Assembly (NCBI GenBank): GCA_965235115.1
Contig: OZ249436.1
Span: 19,346,001 to 19,410,000 of the forward strand
Direction: 5' to 3'
DNA: 64,000 nt
DNA from: Laetmonice hystrix
Taxonomy: Eukaryota
Part shown: positions 38,783 through 51,473 of the stretch, one piece after another
How the letters are laid out: each line of letters starts with the position of its first letter
Position numbering within the stretch: the stretch's first letter is position 1
Translations under genes and position numbers: made by a program
The notes under the pieces: generated by a model
What the model was told of the DNA's origin: nothing
Seen by the model: the letters and a program-made list of their open reading frames with translations, nothing else
Database searches by the model: none

Positions 38783-40383
38783 GGGGAAGGTGGGGCATAA
38801 CGGAACCATTAATTTTGACACTTTGTAACGCATTTGTGCTTACACTCAGGATCCTCATATCCACGGATCCAATACATGCTTACGTCATCTTTAGAATAAT
38901 AATGATGAAGAGTACCATACCTATCAACTTCCTGATATAATGGACAAAATATTTTTTTCTGGCAGAGGACCACTTTGCCCCATGGGTCGGGTAATATGGC
39001 ACCCCCCTATGGGGCAATATGGAACCCCCTGTTCCGTTTTGCCCCAGCTAGATCTAAATCTATAAAAGAATACCGAGGTCTTAATGAAAACAAATGGTTT
39101 TGACAGACAACAATATTCAAAATGGTTTAATTCACCATTCACTAACTTAGTTATTGATCAAGCAGAACCGTCTTCATACCTTTTAGATGAAGAAAACCTC
39201 AGAATGGAAAAAAATAAAATTGTGTTTAGATTTTCTACACCATAGTCCTTTTAATGAACACTAGTTCTGAATAGTCCTAAACTTCTATCTATAAGTTAAC
39301 TCCAAAGCCATTTTTCCAACTCTTGATCGTAATATGTTGAGACTGGCTTCATAAAACATGCAGCCGTTGGATGTAAGTGGGCGGAGTGTCCATCTAAGAT
39401 CAACAGGACGGGGGTTTCGATTGCAGGGGGGGGGAGAGATTTTATGAATAAATTTCGGCTCCAATTTCTTCGAGAAACATAATCTGGCTCCTTCTGTGGT
39501 TGAAAGAAATATACCAGAAAATAGAAAGAAATTTTCTGGCTCTGAAATTGTGCGAAAAAAATATTCTTCTAAACCAAATCTTCCTTACCCCCCCCCCCCC
39601 ATAAAGTTAAATGGTTGGCCCCTAAGGCTAAGGCTAGTAACAGTGTAGGCCTAAGTGTAAAACAATCAAAAGTCAACATCCCATTTCCCTTCTGACAGGA
39701 GAATTGGATAATTATTAAAGAAAATATTTTCGAGATTACTTTTGGCCTAATGGAATGATAATAATCAGCAGGCGGGGCAAAATGGAACACCTGGGCCTGG
39801 TTTTTAGTTCGTCATTTTACCAATCTTAAGACTGGAATTTTAAGACTGACTTGTGTTATGGTCTCTCACTGGTTGACTTCATTTGAAGGACCAATCAGAA
39901 GCTCTGAAACAAGAGTTCCGTCTTAAGATTTGAATCTTTGCAAACTAAATACCTGGGCAGGCGGGGCATAATGGAACACGGGTCCATTCTGCCCCATCTC
40001 ATAATGGACCATTTTGCCTCAAGGTCATTTTAGTCGACTGGGACTCCGCAGCCAGAAATCGGCTGGGAAGCTGTCGATCATATTCTTTGATTAGGCTAAC
40101 TGAAACATTATCTTCACAGGCAAGGTTAGGTTTTTCGAAATCTCTGATCATAATTGGAACTACCGACCTCAGAAAATGTGCTTACCCTATATCAGAAGGG
40201 TCAAAATTATTTGTGCCTCTCAATATCCTGCCACGTTGTACGTCCGACCTGGATATTTTGACGTCATGCCCTGGTGGCTAGACTCTATAATTACACAAAA
40301 CGTCGCAAGGCGGCAGCACCTCCAAGGTATAGATCTAAACAAATTCCACTTTGCCCCATGGTTCCATTTTGCCCCACTTTCCC
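38783..40383. mobile_element. Non-autonomous TA-flanked DNA transposon, Tc1/mariner-pogo-like, with secondary insertions
   Basis: ta-ggggaaggtggggcataacggaacc versus reverse complement of the right end ta-gggaaagtggggcaaaatggaacc. The motif ggggcaWaatggaac repeats internally in both orientations (about 39011, 39774, 39963, 40345). Confidence 0.75.
39795..39955. mobile_element. Small palindromic MITE inside the TA-flanked element
   Basis: cctggtttttagtt...aatcttaagactggaa is mirrored by ttccgtcttaagatt...aactaaatacctgg. Confidence 0.55.
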
Positions 40384-41977
40384 TATCTAGTGATGTACAG
40401 ATAGGCCTATTGTGCTGCATGTAATCATGTTTTATCATTTATCTGAAGCAATCTGTACCATGGACAATGAAGTTAAACAAACACTCACTATATGTAGCCT
40501 AGGCCAATAAGCCATTGTTTCCGGATCGGATAAAATTATGTAGGCCTATACTTTCAACGTATAGGGGGTCTACTTGTACAACTCGATTTCTTTTTTAGCT
40601 CTACTGAATGGAAGCAAGAATGCCTTCATTAGAAATATTAAAAAATTCCTCGGATAATGTTTCCTAACTTGTGACCTGACTGTGAGGTGCCATAGGCCTA
40701 TACTCTACGTAGATAGGCCTATATGTACCAAGTGTCATGGGCGAGCACCAGTCAGTGAAATCGTTTTAACACCAGGTGGCGCCACGGTATCCTTTACGAC
40801 TCGGTTAGGGCCAGCGTTGGGTGGTCTATTCTCCGAAGGGTAAATTCCCACGAGGTTGGGGTAAAGATTGCAGGTAAAGGAACGGCTGGGGATTGGAGTA
40901 AACGATTTATGGGAGGTCCAGGGACCAGGAGTCAGGGGTTGTGCTGGGTTTGGTGCTGGGAATAGAAAAAGCCCATGCAGCCCCCACCCACTTACGAAAG
41001 CCCGGAGGGGACTTATAGGTAACTTTTAACTTCTAAGTTCGTAATTCTAACTTCTAACTTCTGAGTTCTCATTTGCACCCACATTTAGTGACAGTCCCAC
41101 AATGGCAGCTTTTGAATAGGTGAGCGTAACGGTATTCCTGAGCCCAAAATTAACATACTGGCCCTAACACTGGAATAAGACTATAAGTAGGCTAATAGGC
41201 CTACATAATAACAATATTTATAAACCTCAATCCTCAGCTTCAGGCCTACAGGGCTACACATAGAATTATGCCTACGCTAATTGTTATATGCTGAAGCTGA
41301 GGATTAATTTTCCCTTTCAAATTGACTTAGGTATAGATTCTAGGGCTAGATCTAACCACAAAGGCTAAACATCCCAGTCTTAAGCTGGGATTACTGGTAC
41401 TGACTGTAGACGATTAGTGTTTCAATAGGGACTAGCCTAGGCTTAATCCATCGGGGGTAGACCCAGCCTATAGTACAAGCAATAAAATCTTTACATTGGT
41501 CTAACGGTTCTTCATTAGCCCCCCCCCCCCCCGCGCTATAGGACTTTACCCCCTCCAATTTCATGATTTAGTTACATATAGGCCTAATATCGTGGACGGT
41601 TTAAAGCTTAGGGTCGTTTCAGGTAAACCGAACCATCAGAAAAAGCGGACCAGTAAAACTGTTCCCGCCCCTGCATAATTTGTCGAGCACCATGCAGCGC
41701 CGCTGCGCGCTTTTCTGGTGGCACTGGGCGTTGTGAAACTTGCGGCAGTTGCGCTAAGCCAAGCTGCCGACGCTGGACAGGTCGATCACAGACCTGTGCT
41801 AGCTTGCAATGTTGACAGTGGCGGATCCACAGGGGTCCAAAAAGGCCTTGCCTCCCCCCCCCCCCCCAAAAAAAAAAATCCTAAAACAACTACCAAAGGT
41901 ATCACGCTGTCACATTTTAACTGTTCAATTCATCATTGCTGGGTGCAGCCATTTTGTAAGGTTAGGCCTATACTTCT

Positions 41978-42100
41978 CGGTGTTTGGATGGTGCTATGAA
42001 GAACATGTTCCAGGTGCATGTTCTGTGTTGTTTGGATGATCAGGAACATGTTCCTGAAGTGTTCAGGAACATCAAGAACAGCCCATCCGAACGCAGCCAT
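41978..42100. mobile_element. Short palindromic MITE-like fragment
   Basis: gtgtttggatgg at the left versus ccatccgaacgc at the right. Internal gaacatgttc palindromes. Confidence 0.45.
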
Positions 42101-42428
42101 TGGTGTTGACGGATCCGAACGTCAGACCCACATTTATCTGTAATCATCTACAGACCTGAAATTCTTGGCACCCAAACTTCCGCCAGGTAGGCCTAAATAC
42201 TTAACACCCCCTGAGTCTCTAGAACTAAGAATGACTGACTATTCTCACGCGAGTCGCTAACCAGGTCAGGTATGACGTAACGGGGATCGCTAACCTCGGA
42301 AAAGGCACAATTCGACTGCACGGTGGTAAGTCGATTTGCCTTCGAGATGAGGGAAGTGGTTTGTTACGTATTCTGGCAGAGGCAAGATTTTAAGAATCAG
42401 CTAACGTCTAGAATATATAGATCGATAT

Positions 42429-42566
42429 CATTTCCCTTCCACTGTCGCAGTAGAGAGCAAAAGATTTTGCACTGCAGTGTTGCGTTCAACGTGGGCAAAA
42501 CTCTGAACACTAACTTTTTACAGTGCAAAATCTTGCGTTCTCTACTGCGACAGTCGAAGGGAAATG
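42429..42566. repeat. Long inverted repeat (about 46-bp arms), MITE-like hairpin
   Basis: catttcccttccactgtcgcagtagagagcaaaagattttgcactg pairs with cagtgcaaaatcttgcgttctctactgcgacagtcgaagggaaatg. Confidence 0.85.
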
Positions 42567-43499
42567 TATTCTACACGTTGGATGGTCCTAGGGATCCTCG
42601 CTTACCCAATGGCACCGCAAATCATAAATCTTACCTTCCTGAAGACTTGCTTCTCGTCAAGTTTTGTGAAGCTACCGCTGGCGTGTTGACATCTTGCCTT
42701 TGCCAGAATGTGTTAAACCCCACCTCAGAGGGGGTTTCCCTCACTGGAAGGCGCCGCCCTCATTTAGAGGGCAAATCGACTGTCCAGTATGTTAGATGGC
42801 GTTACATCCCCTGCAACACCTACTCGACCCTCGAGTTCCCAATCGAAGTCGGCCTAGGTGGCAGTAGTGAATGGCTAATGACACAACGCCCGTCATTCGC
42901 GGCAGGTCACCATTGTTGTGGCTTTTGCACTTGTAAGTCAAGGCACATTTTCTAAGCCTGTATTTACAAAATCACAAATTATTCAGTAACAATCAATAGT
43001 TGGTAAGGTGACCTATTACAACTTGAAGGTTCTACTTGTGTACTTATATTCTTGGATAAAGCTGGTCAAGACTGACCTCAAATATTTTGTCAAGAGCAAA
43101 AATGGTGGTTCGCTTAACCTGATCCTGTAATAAAAACCGAACCGCCTCCATATAGGCCTACAGGCTACATATAGATAGGCGGTTCGGTTTTTATGGGCAA
43201 AATACATGGCAGCCAGTTAGGCCGTGAACGATACAGAGTTCTATAAGTATAAGGCCGAGTCATAAGACTTGCATTGACCTGTAGACCTAGACTACATGTT
43301 CACTCAGCATCACATGTGAAAGCGTTAACCCATTTTTTTCTTTGTTTTCCATAAGATAACCGCGTAATACATTTAACGCTATAGCAAATCATCCAGAGAC
43401 AAATTATAGTATGCTCACCTTACAATAAACTTCAGGCAAAAACATTTGAAGCACGAGGTTCGACCCACGACTTGAATCCGCTTGTGTTTGCTGCGAAAT

Positions 43500-43875
43500 G
43501 CTCAGGCAGGCCCCGACCGGACACGACGCTAGGGGCGCTGAAATTTGTTTTGCCTCGCTACGCTCGGCATGATTTCATGCTATACCCAAAGATGCTGTTG
43601 GACTTGAGGAGGCCCTTTTGCCCTTGGTCACATTGGTCATTGAATAGCTTATTTTGTGCTCGAAAATGCATCGGATTGCAACAAATTAGGCCTACACCTT
43701 GAATTTCAAAATTTTCCGGGGGGCATGCCCACGGAACCCCCCCTCCCTACCAGGAAGGCTTCGCGCCTTCTGCGCTTGCCGACTTCGCGCCTTCGGCGCT
43801 ATACAGTCACGTCTGTGTTACCCCTAAACACGTTGACCCCCCCCCCCCTCACGGAAAAAGCTGGATCCGCCCCTG
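43500..43875. mobile_element. Fragment of a CAGGGGCGGATCCAG-ended non-autonomous DNA element
   Basis: Ends ctggatccgcccctg. Interior aaaattttccggggggcatgcccacggaacccc resembles 47730-47770. Confidence 0.55.
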
Positions 43876-46800
43876 CATGGATCCAAGGTAGGCCAACAGA
43901 ACATAGACAACCCACCAGATAGCGCTGTTCCCGCCCTAATAGTTTCTAATGTAACCGCTAGGTAGCGCAGTATTATTCAAGAACTGTGATCGCGACCCTT
44001 TCAGCGTACATGTTGGGTATACGGCCAAAGCTACATTTAGGTGGACTACAAAAACAACAAAAGCAGCAGCGGCAACAACAACAATAACAACAACAACAAC
44101 AATAACAACAAAATAAAATAAGAAAGGGGGCCTAAACTAAAGTCTACCAACTATAAGCAAAAGACGGTTGCGACCAGTATAACACATGTGCGGTTTGTAA
44201 ATCTTTAAAATGCTCCTGTAGGGCCCAACTATGCAGGAATATTTTGGTAGCGGGGCGCGGGAACTCAGACCCCTAGTTAGCATTTCTCAGGGCGGCTCGG
44301 AAGGGGGGGGGGGGGTTAAATAATATTATCAGACCCAATTCAAAATGTTCCTTGAAATTAAATGTGTATGATGCTCAATGACGTATACAGCTCTCCCAAT
44401 TCACAAGTTACGAAAACACCCCTAAATCCATGTTATGTCATGAAATGACGTCTTACGTATATCCTTGGTATACATGAATGTATGAAGCGGGGTCCAGGGG
44501 GAGGTCTACGGGCTACGTGTCCCCCCCCCCCAAAGGGCCTCAAAAAATAGTCTTTTCTATTGCCCTCCGGATCCGCCCCTGCCGGTATAGGCTACACATG
44601 CAATCATAACTTGTTATACAGGGATATATCGATTTTCAGACGATCACACGTGTCATTAAGAATATATTTAGGCTATATCAATTTAAAATGTAGGCCTATT
44701 ACTAGGAACAACTGGCTATTTATATAGGACTTCGTGGCTATAGCCCGACTATACCAACTGACGCTTGCCTCGTGTCGGGGATAAAGACAATCTATAAGAA
44801 GCTAAGGCCTTTTCCTCAGAGCAAAACACCACTCCTTCCCGGATATACGTGTGAGGTGCGGAGTAAAACAACTACGCACGCTGGGAACCGACAGCCAGGC
44901 ACCATCTCTCGCCGTCTCTCGCTGCGGGCGGGATCCGCCAAGCCTCCCCACAACACCACAAAACACTCGCGCGATACCTCACTAATCCTGTCTTTACTAA
45001 AACAAATCCTTTCCCATGTATAGCGGCGGTTGCTAATCCACGCCTCGCTGACTACGAGAGTGTGGGAGAATCGGCAGCACCTGCTATAGACGCCCTCTGG
45101 CGGCTATCCCTCCAGGCACCGTTTATCCCCCTAAGACAACCACGTGCCCAGCGCCTCATGCTATATCGATTTTGAAATAATTCGATTTAATGGCGTATAA
45201 ATAGGAGAAACTAGTAGAGCGAGGAGAAAGTTACCAGCAGCGACGGATCCGAGGGTGAGATATAGACTCAGGAGTCAGGTATTAAGACAACCGATTGGGC
45301 ATGCATATAGAATCTGGAGAAAATTCACGCATTGACTTTCTGTATCCATCTAAGCTGTACAATATCAGTATTATGGCGGCGTGAAAAGCTTTAGCTTCTC
45401 AAAATATGATTATTCAAGTGATGTATGATAAGGGCACACTATTTATGGGCGAAGCGAAGAACAGTTGTATAGATCTCTTCTAGAATATAAATTGTGAGGA
45501 GTCTTTCATATCGGGTGCATGGAAGAGTATGCTTATAACAGAAGTTAACTTCTGAAACTGTTGTTAAATCTCATGATATCCATCAGCAAATTTAACATAA
45601 AAGTAGTTGAATCACACCTAGCATGTTTGGTGCCCCCAAGTTTGACATGCAGAATGAGATATCGGCGCACAGATGTCGGCGCAATCCTTATTTTGTCATT
45701 GCGCCTTGCCGGCGATGAATCGCTTGGTGTATCAGCGATCGAAATCCACCGACGATCTAAGCTGAGATTTTGTGCGATACCTCAACTTTGGTAACGGTTC
45801 AATTAATAATTACGCGTGAAAACGAGGAACATAAAAACTTTATTCTCGGAAAGGTACATTTTCAAACATAGAATTGATGGATACTTATAGAAGAGCTGTG
45901 TTTTAGAGGAAGCAAAACGGGCGATAAAATTGATAACCTATTAATCTACCTTAGTTCATCATAGTAGAAAGTAGGGGCATTATTACTTTCTACAATATAG
46001 ATTCCGTCCAGTCAAAGTTTGAAGGAGCAGCTTCAAATCTATAAGTCGGATCTCTATAACCGCGGCCCTGCGACATCCTCCCTATTATCTCTACCCCTGT
46101 TAGCCTTACCTTCCCCGGCCCCGGCCCCTATACCCCAGCCCCTACCCCTGCCCCAGCCCCTGCCCCAGCCCCTGCCCCTACCCCAGCCCCTGCCCCAGAC
46201 CCCGTCCCTGTCCCTGCACATGCAGCCCGCTCGGCCGTGCGGCCCCCTCGGCCGTGCAGTATTTTACACCCAGTTGTCCGTGCACCTCGTGCATACCGAG
46301 GACGCGCACGGCACGGTCGGTAGTTTGTGCGGCAGGGGGCGCCACTGGGAGGACCGCGGTGCCGTTTTGTGCCGTTTTCTGCAACCACCTTGGAAGAAGT
46401 TAATCGTGCATCTTAATTTTCGACTCCCCAGGGGCGGATCTGAGGGATTCAACCGTTTACGGAAACTAGTCAAAAGTTTGCCTCCCCTCCCAAACAATTT
46501 TCCATGCTTTATTTTCAGTATGATTTTCGGTCATTTTCTTGCCTTAAACGCAATAAACCACTCCAATAGCCCCCTGCCCCCGTGTCTGACCAAGTTAGTG
46601 CCCACCCCCGCCCCGGCCCCTGTCCCTGCCCCGGTATCGGCCCCCCCGTCCCCGGTCTCCCCACCCCGGCCCCGGTCCTCCCCTCGGCCTCTCCCAGCGA
46701 CGCACACCGATCTTATCGATCAACACGCTAAGTCGATCGATGGACTTAGAGACCGAATCCGATTTCGGTTTGCCTCTTAGTCCATTCCAACCCGCCTGAC

Positions 46801-47559
46801 AAGAGTAAAAAGAACATTTGGCCGAGGGCGAGTCTGATAGATGTGCAATACATTAAGATATAGACGGAGTTAGGGGTGTGGGGGATGGGGTCCGACGGGC
46901 ATGGGGATTGGTGGCCGCCTCGGCGGGACTTCCTCACCTGTGACCGGGCGCCGCCAAACCCTGCTCGGCCGCTCTCTGCGGCTCAGCTCTCTGAGCCGCC
47001 TAATGGTCCCGAATATCGCCCACTGATCTCCCAAAATATCGACGTCCTCCTAAGCTGCCTTCAGGACACCAGGCGCGAATTCGACAAACAGACCGTATAA
47101 GCAGAGGATTTGTTTAAAAAAGGGGGAATTTCAGAAAATGCGATTAAACCTAGATTAAGTGGATGAGAGTCGGTAATGCTGCACTGCTCACAACAGCCGA
47201 GTTTAGAGACATTTTATGTCGCATTCAATATCATACTGCGTCTCCTCACATCCAATTCTCCTCCAAGACGAACTGTAGGAGGTCCACATGGCGGTCCCTT
47301 CTCACTTTGCAGGGTTCGATTCCTTGCAAGTTTGTCCAAAACTAACGGATTAACGACACCGGGAATGAGGAGGACATTTAGTATTCATCGGGTCTACTTG
47401 GAGGCTGGTAAAGTATGGACGATCGAACCCTCAATACAACTGGTTCCGATCAGCTCAAACAGCAGCCAACACGCGCCATGGACACATGGTAGATCTATAC
47501 AGGATCTATAGGACACAGGGGTAGCCTAATATGGTTAGGGCCTATAGACATCACATTTA

Positions 47560-47772
47560 CAGGGGCGTAGGAAAAGGGGGCAGGGGGCCATGACCCCCCT
47601 ACTTTGAAACGTGGGTGCCATCTGGAGTATCTTTTGCCCCCCCCCCACTTTTTTATCATATAGGTCTAGATCTCTATACCTTATTTTGTATTCCAAAATG
47701 CAGCAGATGTCACCAAAATAACCTGAAATTTCAAATCTTTCCCGGAGGAGTATGCCCCCGGACCCCCTAGCT
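47560..47772. mobile_element. Fragment of a CAGGGGCG-ended non-autonomous DNA element
   Basis: Starts caggggcgtagg. Interior aaatctttcccggaggagtatgcccccggaccccctag is related to 43705-43745. Confidence 0.5.
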
Positions 47773-48039
47773 ATAGCTATGCTTCGAAACAGACCAGCCA
47801 ATCAGAAGCGTTAAGCCCCGGGCCCAGTGAGCCATGTTCCACGGCATTGATGCAATCTGTATTACGTCATCGGCGTACTCGAACACCACAAATTTGGGTT
47901 AGATCTATTTTACTAGAGGGTGAGGTGCTCTCCCGGAATATTTCCGGTCAATTTTGACCCCATGGATTCACTTCTTATAAAAATTACAATCACTTCTCCG
48001 GGAAAACAATAAAAAATCTCTGAAGAAGGACCAGGATCA

Positions 48040-48675
48040 GGGGACGGAGGAGGGGACAGGAGGGGACAGGAGAGGGCGGGAGGGGGAGGAGGGGAGGAGG
48101 GGACAGGAGGGGCGGGAGGGGAGGATGGGAGGAGGGGAGGAGGGGGCGGGAGGGGGAGGAGGGGACAGGCGGGGGCGGCAGGGGAGGAGGGAGGAGGGGA
48201 CAGGAGGGACAGGAGGGGGCGGGAGGGGGAGGAGGGGAGGAGAGGACAGGAGGGGGTGGGAGGGGGCGGGAGGGGGAGGAGGGGAGGAGGGGACAGGAGG
48301 GGCGGGAGGGGAGGATAGGAGGAGGGGAGGAGGGGGCGGGAGGGGGAGGAGGGGACAGGAGGGGGCGGGAGGGGGAGGAGGGGGGAGGGGACAGGAGGGG
48401 GAGGAGGGGGCAGGAGGGGAGGAGGGGGAGGAGGAGGGGTAGGGGACAGGGGAGGGAGGGGGCACGAGGAGAAGCATGCAGGCAGGAAGAGGGGAGGAGG
48501 GGAAGGGGCGGGGAGGAAAGGGAGAAGGAAGAGGAGGAAGAAGAGGGGCAATTAGAGGGGAGGGGGAGGGGAGAAGGAGGAAGAGGTCGGGAGGGGGAGA
48601 AGGAGGAGGGGGGAGAAGACCGATAAAGGAAGAGAAAGGAAGGGGTCGGGAGAAGGAGGAAGAGCAGGAGGAAGC
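48040..48675. repeat. Polypurine (GGA/GGGGA) low-complexity tract
   Basis: Direct reading. Explains the Pro-rich and Gly-rich ORFs at 47913-48694. Confidence 0.95.
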
Positions 48676-49466
48676 ACTAACAGGAATGATGTGAGAAGAC
48701 CCCGTATCTGGAGTGAATTAACAAAAGTTACTGCCCGACTCGTGCCCAGAAACTGAGCTTGCTCTGTCAGCTTCTTTGTGAAGGTTATAACATTACCAGT
48801 TAAAATAATAAAATTACATCTTCGGTTGTTACAGACATGATTTCATTATGCGGTAAAACCCATCCTGTTATTGGTTGCGCTTACGCTACTTTTAACTTTC
48901 TTTTACATAATTGGCATTTTCTTCTGACTTCCCCTTTTTTTCTATTTTTCATGCATTTACTTTAGGCGGGAACTCAAACTATAGGAAACCCAGACGTTGC
49001 TAATATTTTAGGCCTATTGTCGGCATGCAGAGTATTTATGAAATTGCCTGCCCACGTTAGAATATCCACACATTTATCCACCTATGTACACAACTATTTG
49101 AACACAATGTGTGTACAACGTCACTTCCGGTTGTTGCATAATGCAGCAGCTGTTATCCCAAATAAAATAGAAGATTTACCGAGGAATTTAATGCGATGTG
49201 TCCTGGTTGTCGTCACTCTGTCAGGGAGGGTGTATCGAAGTACAGCAGTGAAGAGGGCAAGTTACCACATCAGTAATGGCGCCAAAACGCAAATTATTAT
49301 TGGGGGACGGTATCCTTCTTTCGTTTCATTTTTAATTTTTACTGGATAAAAATGATGGAGGGGGGGGGGGGGGGCGGCACTTTTTTGTTGTTTTTGTGAT
49401 ATGGGTTACCTTGCAACCTTTAATTAATTTAGTTGACGGGAGGGCCACGTGAACGATTTAAAGAGT

Positions 49467-51473
49467 GGACGCTGGGTGTAGAGAGGGGTGTAGGGTCGTA
49501 CCCTGGTATGAGAGAGGACGCTGGGTGTAGAGAGGGGTGTAGGGTCGTACCCTGGTATGAGAGAGGACGCTGGGTGTAGAGAGGGGTGTAGGGTCGTACC
49601 CTGGTATGAGAGAGGACGTTGGGTGTAGAGAGGGGTGTAGGGTCGTACCCTGGTATGAGAGAGGACGCTGGGTGTAGAGAGGGGTGTAGGGTCGTACCCT
49701 GGTATGAGAGAGGACGCTGGGTGTAGAGAGGGGTAGGGTCGTACCCTGGTATGAGAGAGGACGCTGGGTGTAGAGAGGGGTAGGGTCGTACCCTGGTATG
49801 AGAGGACGCTGGGTGTAGAGAGGGGTAGGGTCGTACCCTGGTATGAGAGAGGACGCTGGGTGTAGAGAGGGGTAGGGTCGTACCCTGGTATGAGAGAGGA
49901 CGCTGGGTGTAGAGAGGGGTAGGGTCGTACCCTGGTATGAGAGAGGACGCTGGGTGTAGAGAGGGGTGTAGGGTCGTACCCTGGTATGAGAGGACGCGTG
50001 GTGTAGAGAGGTGTAGGGTCGTACCCTGGTATGAGAGAGGACGCTGGATGTAGAGAGGGGTGTAGGGTCGTACCCTGGTGTGAGAGAGGACGCTGGGTGT
50101 AGAGAGGGGTGTAGGGTCGTACCCTGGTATGAGAGAGGACGCTGGGTGTAGAGAGGGGTGTAGGGTCGTACCCTGGTATGAGAGAGGACGCTGGGTGTAG
50201 AGAGGGGTGTAGGGTCGTACCCTGGTATGAGAGCACGCTGGGTGTAGAGAGGGGGTGTAGGGTCGCACCCTGGTATGAGAGAGGACGCTGGGTGTAGAGA
50301 GGGGTGTAGGGTCGTACCCTGGTATGAGAGAGGACGCTGGGTGTAGAGAGGGGTGTAGGGTCGTACCCTGGTATGAGAGAGGACGTTGGGTGTAGAGAGG
50401 GGTGTAGGGTCGTACCCTGGTATGAGAGAGGACGCTGGGTGTAGAGAGGGGTAGGGTCGTACCCTGGTATGAGAGAGGACGCTGGGTGTAGAGAGGGGTG
50501 TAGGGTCGTACCCTGGTATGAGAGAGGACGCTGGGTGTAGAGAGGGGTGTAGGGTCGTACCCTGGTATGAGAGAGGACGCTGGGTGTAGAGAGGGGTGTA
50601 GGGTCGTACCCTGGTATGAGAGAGGACGCTGGGTGTAGAGAGGGGTAGGGTCGTACCCTGGTATGAGAGAGGACGCTGGGTGTAGAGAGGGGTGTAGGGT
50701 CGTACCCTGGTATGAGAGAGGACGCTGGGTGTAGAGAGGGGTGTAGGGTCGTACCCTGGTATGAGAGAGGACGCTGGGTGTAGAGAGGGGTGTAGGTTCG
50801 TACCCTGGTGTGAGAGAGGACGCTGGGTGTAGAGAGGGGTAGGGTCGTACCCTGGTATGAGAGAGGACGCTGGGTGTAGAGAGGGGTGTAGGGTCGTACC
50901 CTGGTATGAGAGAGGACGCTGGGTGTAGAGAGGGGTGTAGGGTCGTACCCTGGTATGAGAGAGGGCGCTGGGTGTAGAGAGGGGTAGGGTCGTACCCTGG
51001 TATGAGAGAGGACGCTGGGTGTAGAGAGGGGTAGGGTCGTACCCTGGTATGAGAGAGGACGCTGGGTGTAGAGAGGGGTGTAGGGTCGTACCCTGGTATG
51101 AGAGGACGCTGGGTGTAGAGAGGGGTAGGGTCGTACCCTGGTATGAGAGGACGCTGGGTGTAGAGAGGGGTGTAGGGTCGTACCCTGGTATGAGAGAGGA
51201 CGCTGGGTGTAGAGAGGGGTGTAGGGTCGTACCCTGGTATGAGAGGACGCTGGGTGTAGAGAGGGGTGTAGGGTCGTACCCTGGTATGAGAGAGGACGCT
51301 GGGTGTAGAGAGGGGTGTAGGGTCGTACCCTGGTATGAGAGAGGACGCTGGGTGTAGAGAGGGGTGTAGGGTCGTACCCTGGTATGAGGGAGGACGCTGG
51401 GTGTAGAGAGGGGTGTAGGGTCGTACCCTGGTATGAGAGAGGACGCTGGGTGTAGAGGATCATACCCTGGTAT
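49467..51473. repeat. 49-bp minisatellite (47-bp variants), about 41 copies
   Basis: Unit ggacgctgggtgtagagaggggtgtagggtcgtaccctggtatgagaga. Confidence 0.98.

Noticed and set aside
39362..39425. tRNA-like or SINE head (tggatgtaagtgg...ggtttcgattgc)
   Set aside because: No cloverleaf could be built. It may instead be the decayed end of the adjacent MITE.
42323..42955. 210-aa plus ORF
   Set aside because: GTG start, runs through a hairpin MITE, and has no recognisable domain.
46019..46780. 253-aa Pro-rich ORF
   Set aside because: TTG start; built from C-rich simple repeats and MITE fragments.
49424..51463. 679-aa ORF as a real gene
   Set aside because: Entirely minisatellite. The unit length is not a multiple of 3 and indels shift the frame freely.
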